Made by a program: the position numbers and the translations under genes
Assembly: GCA_963761305.1 (NCBI GenBank)
Contig: CAVXGK010000002.1
Coordinates: forward strand, 3,232,001-3,296,000
Reading direction: 5' to 3'
Origin: an uncultured Gemmatimonadaceae bacterium
GTDB taxonomy: Bacteria > Gemmatimonadota > Gemmatimonadetes > Gemmatimonadales > Gemmatimonadaceae
Length of the DNA stretch: 64,000 bases
Shown here: positions 61,282 to 64,000 of the stretch, one piece after another
How the letters are laid out: each line of letters starts with the position of its first letter
Numbering within the stretch: the first letter of the stretch is position 1
The notes under the pieces: generated by a model
The model's input: the letters and a program-made list of their open reading frames with translations, nothing else
Told to the model about the DNA's origin: nothing
Databases searched by the model: none

Positions 61282-61539
61282 GTGGCCGAAGTGCTCATCG
61301 ATTTCGACGCAAGGATCGTCGCTCCCGATGGACGACGATGGACTCCGCGCGCGTGCGGCGGCGTCGCCGATGATGGCTTGTGGGAAGGGTGGATCGAGTT
61401 CGCCTCGACCGACGGCGCCGATCGCGTTCGGACGCCGCGAGAAACCGAACAGCCCAATCGTCAGGACCTCACGTACTGGGCGACCGGCCTGACGGAGGTT
61501 TACCTCGAGGGCGCGTTGCGGCGGGCGCTCACGCTCTGA
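61282..61539 (+). CDS. Small hypothetical protein
   Basis: GTG after GAGG; GLWEGWIEF, RETEQPN, YWATGL..VYLEGAL..A. Confidence 0.7.
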   Translation: MAEVLIDFDARIVAPDGRRWTPRACGGVADDGLWEGWIEFASTDGADRVRTPRETEQPNRQDLTYWATGLTEVYLEGALRRALTL

Positions 61540-62339
61540 GCGTCTCCGTAACGCTCCGGCGCGTACCGCATGGCAAGGGCTCCCGTCGCGAGCTCGGTGT
61601 CGATCGACTGTACGAGCACTCCCTCGGTACCATACGGCAGAAATGCCTGGCAGCGCCCCGACGGATCGATGAGCGCCGTCGCCGATTCCTGAAACGGAAC
61701 CGCGTAATTCACGCTGGCGAAGTAGATGCCGTTCTCGATGCTGCGGCACATCATCGCTTTCTCGTAGTACGGCGCGTTGGCTGAACCCCATTCGGTGAGA
61801 TGCGCACCGTTCGTGTGCACGCCCGTGAGCTGCGGGTGGAAGACGATCTTCGCCCCGCGCGTCGCAGCCCAGCGCACCGTCTCCGGGTAGCGCCACCCTT
61901 CGTGGCAGATCACGACGCCGAATGTCACGCCATTCACCTCGAACACCTGTCGCGTGTTGCCCGGGACATAGAACGGATCTTCCGTCGTATCGAGCTGATT
62001 CTTCGTTTGAATTCCCTGAAGCTTGCCTTGCGCATCGATCACGAATGACGCGATCTGCCGTCCGCCGTCGACGATTCGCTCCATGCCGAGGATGACGGCG
62101 ATGGCGTAGGTGCGCGCCCATTGGGACACCGCGGCGAGCGCGCGTCTGTGCTCGCCGGCATCGAACGGCGGCACCTCGAAGTCCTGTCCGCGCAGGCCCG
62201 GCAAGTACGCCTCGGGGAAACACACGAGCAGCGCACCGCGGGCGGACGCGTCGGCCATCAGGCGCCGAACCCTCGCCAGCCCGTCGTCGACCGAGGACGC
62301 GACACGAGGGGACGCCAACGCGATGATCAACGCACTCAT
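61500..62339 (-). CDS. Carbon-nitrogen hydrolase (nitrilase superfamily)
   Basis: Glu-Lys-Cys triad: CFPEAY, QTKNQL, VICHEG; ALIDPSG. Confidence 0.9.
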   Translation of the reverse strand: MSALIIALASPRVASSVDDGLARVRRLMADASARGALLVCFPEAYLPGLRGQDFEVPPFDAGEHRRALAAVSQWARTYAIAVILGMERIVDGGRQIASFVIDAQGKLQGIQTKNQLDTTEDPFYVPGNTRQVFEVNGVTFGVVICHEGWRYPETVRWAATRGAKIVFHPQLTGVHTNGAHLTEWGSANAPYYEKAMMCRSIENGIYFASVNYAVPFQESATALIDPSGRCQAFLPYGTEGVLVQSIDTELATGALAMRYAPERYGDAQSVSARRNAPSR

Positions 62340-62456
62340 GACCGCCTGAATGTGCGGCCTGACGGGCACGGCGCAAGGCGCAACGCCGTTCCTTGACGCT
62401 GCCCGCGTCGGGGTCGGATAGTTGAGGACCTCGAACCCGCACAGCTCGCCAGACAC

Positions 62457-64000
62457 ATGCCGGCCATCCTGAACCATCAACGGGCACTTCGCGCGCGAAT
62501 CGCGCGATCGATCGCCAGCATCGCGATCCTCACCGTCGCATCATCCCCATCCGCGCTGAAGGCGCAGTCGCCCGACTCGACCCACTTTTCCTGCGACGGC
62601 AAGACGATCACAGGCATCGACATCGAGTCGCAGCCGCCGGCGATCGTCGGTCGCGATCCGTCGGCCGTTCGCCGCGCGATGCAGCACGTGCTCTTTCAGC
62701 ACGGGACCACGCACGAGGGACGCATCCGTGCGTTCCTGCTCGCGCACGTGGACGAAAAATGCTCGGACGATCTGCTCCCCGAGGTCTCGCGCGTCATCCG
62801 CGCCGAACCCTACATCGCCTCGGCGACGGTCACGGCCGTAAGCGACGGCGCCGACGGCGTGCGACTCAAAGTCGAGACCGTGGACGAAGTTCCGGTGATC
62901 GCCGGCGGTGGCATCACGAAGGGCGGCCTGTCGAACGTGAAGTACGGCAACTCGAACGTCGGCGGCTCCGGGCTGCTCGCCGCCGGGCAGTGGCGCAACG
63001 GCGGCGAGTATCGCGACGGCCTGACGTTCACGATGCGACAATTCGGCTTCCTCGATCAGCCGGTCGTCGCCGAGGCGACCGAAGATCGCGAACCGCTCGG
63101 CGGAAGCTTCAGCGCCGACGTTACCCGGCCCTTCTTGAGCGATCTCGAACACATCGCCTGGTACATGGGCGGCACGCACGAGAACGCGTATCGCTCGTTC
63201 GTTCGTCCGGCGGCGCCGAGCTTCGTGCTCCCGGTCGCACGCGACGTCTGGTCGACCGGCGCCGTCGCGCGGTATTCGTGGCGATCGACGGGACTCATGA
63301 TCGGGCCCGTCGTCACCTACGAGCACGCTCGACCCGGCAGCGAGGCGTTCGTCGCGTCGGACAGCGGACTCTTGCTTGGCGACACGACGACGTTCAAAAA
63401 TCGGTACACACCCTATCGCACGTTCCGCGGCGGCCTCGCCGCCGGCCTGCGCTGGATCGACTACATGCGCGTCAGCGGATTCGACGCGCTGCTGGGCGAA
63501 CAGGATGTCGCGCGCGGCTTCCAGCTGTCGGGCACCGTCGAGCGCGGGCTCGGTCTCGCCGGCGCAACCGATAAGACGTCGCTCGTGTCGCTGGACCTGT
63601 ATTCGGGAGCAGGAACGCCGAAATCGTTCATCGGCCTGGCGATGCAGGGCGAAGAGCTGCCCGCCGGCGGCGGGGACTCGTGGAGCGCCGGCGTGCTGAG
63701 CGGACGCTCGGCGTGGTACTTCAAGCCGAGTGACGGCGCGACGTTCGTGGCAAGCGCCGAATTCGCCGGCGGCTGGCGCGAGCGCTTGCCGCTCCAACTC
63801 ACGCTCGGTGATCCGGTGAACGGAATTCGCGGCTACAACGGCTCTGATCTCGCCGGCGGTCGTCGCGCCGTGGTGCGACTCGAGGAACGCCAGAACCGAT
63901 TTGCCACGGGACACTACTCGCAGTGGGGCACCGCGTTCTTCGCCGACATCGGCAAGACGTGGGCGGGCGACGTTCCTTTCGGCCAGACGACTGTGGCACG
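62457..64000 (+). CDS. Omp85-superfamily (BamA/TamA/ShlB-like) outer membrane protein, runs off the window
   Basis: Not in the ORF track; translated by hand: signal peptide, POTRA-like CDGKTITGIDI..VKVETVDE, barrel IRGY motif and AFFADIGKTW; no stop before the window end. Confidence 0.75.
   Translation, partial: MPAILNHQRALRARIARSIASIAILTVASSPSALKAQSPDSTHFSCDGKTITGIDIESQPPAIVGRDPSAVRRAMQHVLFQHGTTHEGRIRAFLLAHVDEKCSDDLLPEVSRVIRAEPYIASATVTAVSDGADGVRLKVETVDEVPVIAGGGITKGGLSNVKYGNSNVGGSGLLAAGQWRNGGEYRDGLTFTMRQFGFLDQPVVAEATEDREPLGGSFSADVTRPFLSDLEHIAWYMGGTHENAYRSFVRPAAPSFVLPVARDVWSTGAVARYSWRSTGLMIGPVVTYEHARPGSEAFVASDSGLLLGDTTTFKNRYTPYRTFRGGLAAGLRWIDYMRVSGFDALLGEQDVARGFQLSGTVERGLGLAGATDKTSLVSLDLYSGAGTPKSFIGLAMQGEELPAGGGDSWSAGVLSGRSAWYFKPSDGATFVASAEFAGGWRERLPLQLTLGDPVNGIRGYNGSDLAGGRRAVVRLEERQNRFATGHYSQWGTAFFADIGKTWAGDVPFGQTTVA

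Noticed and set aside
62541..63914. 457-aa minus-strand ORF
   Set aside because: Antisense to the plus-strand Omp85-family gene, which has a signal peptide and IRGY motif

Overview
High-GC, densely coding bacterial window. Gemmatimonadota/Acidobacteriota-like origin is inferred from the multiple PadR + ADOP permeases, Gly/Arg-rich inserts in secreted hydrolases and a stand-alone TonB. It holds about 47 protein-coding genes: four ADOP/MacB-FtsX permeases (two led by PadR), secreted hydrolases (Zn metalloprotease, VPS10/BNR protein, subtilase, Ntn acylase, metallophosphoesterase), fabI, a cls-2H phosphoesterase-PLP decarboxylase operon, ccdA/tlpA, ettA, a TetR-TolC-MFP-RND efflux operon with a second RND paralog upstream, a five-gene RraA/aminotransferase/DAACS/LeuC/LeuD-like operon, a MEDS histidine kinase, a TonB-dependent receptor and a partial Omp85 protein. 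I saw no rRNA, tRNA, CRISPR array, transposase or integrase. Main observations: (1) the RraA-aminotransferase-DAACS-LeuCD operon looks like an uncharacterised catabolic pathway for a branched dicarboxylic amino acid; (2) a dispersed palindromic GGTGGAC(A/G) repeat family has one copy inserted in frame inside the LeuC-like gene; (3) a shared CACnAAC-N3-GTTnGTG palindrome sits in front of both padR genes; (4) an erythromycin-esterase homolog has lost its catalytic motifs. All family assignments are by motif recognition, without database searches.
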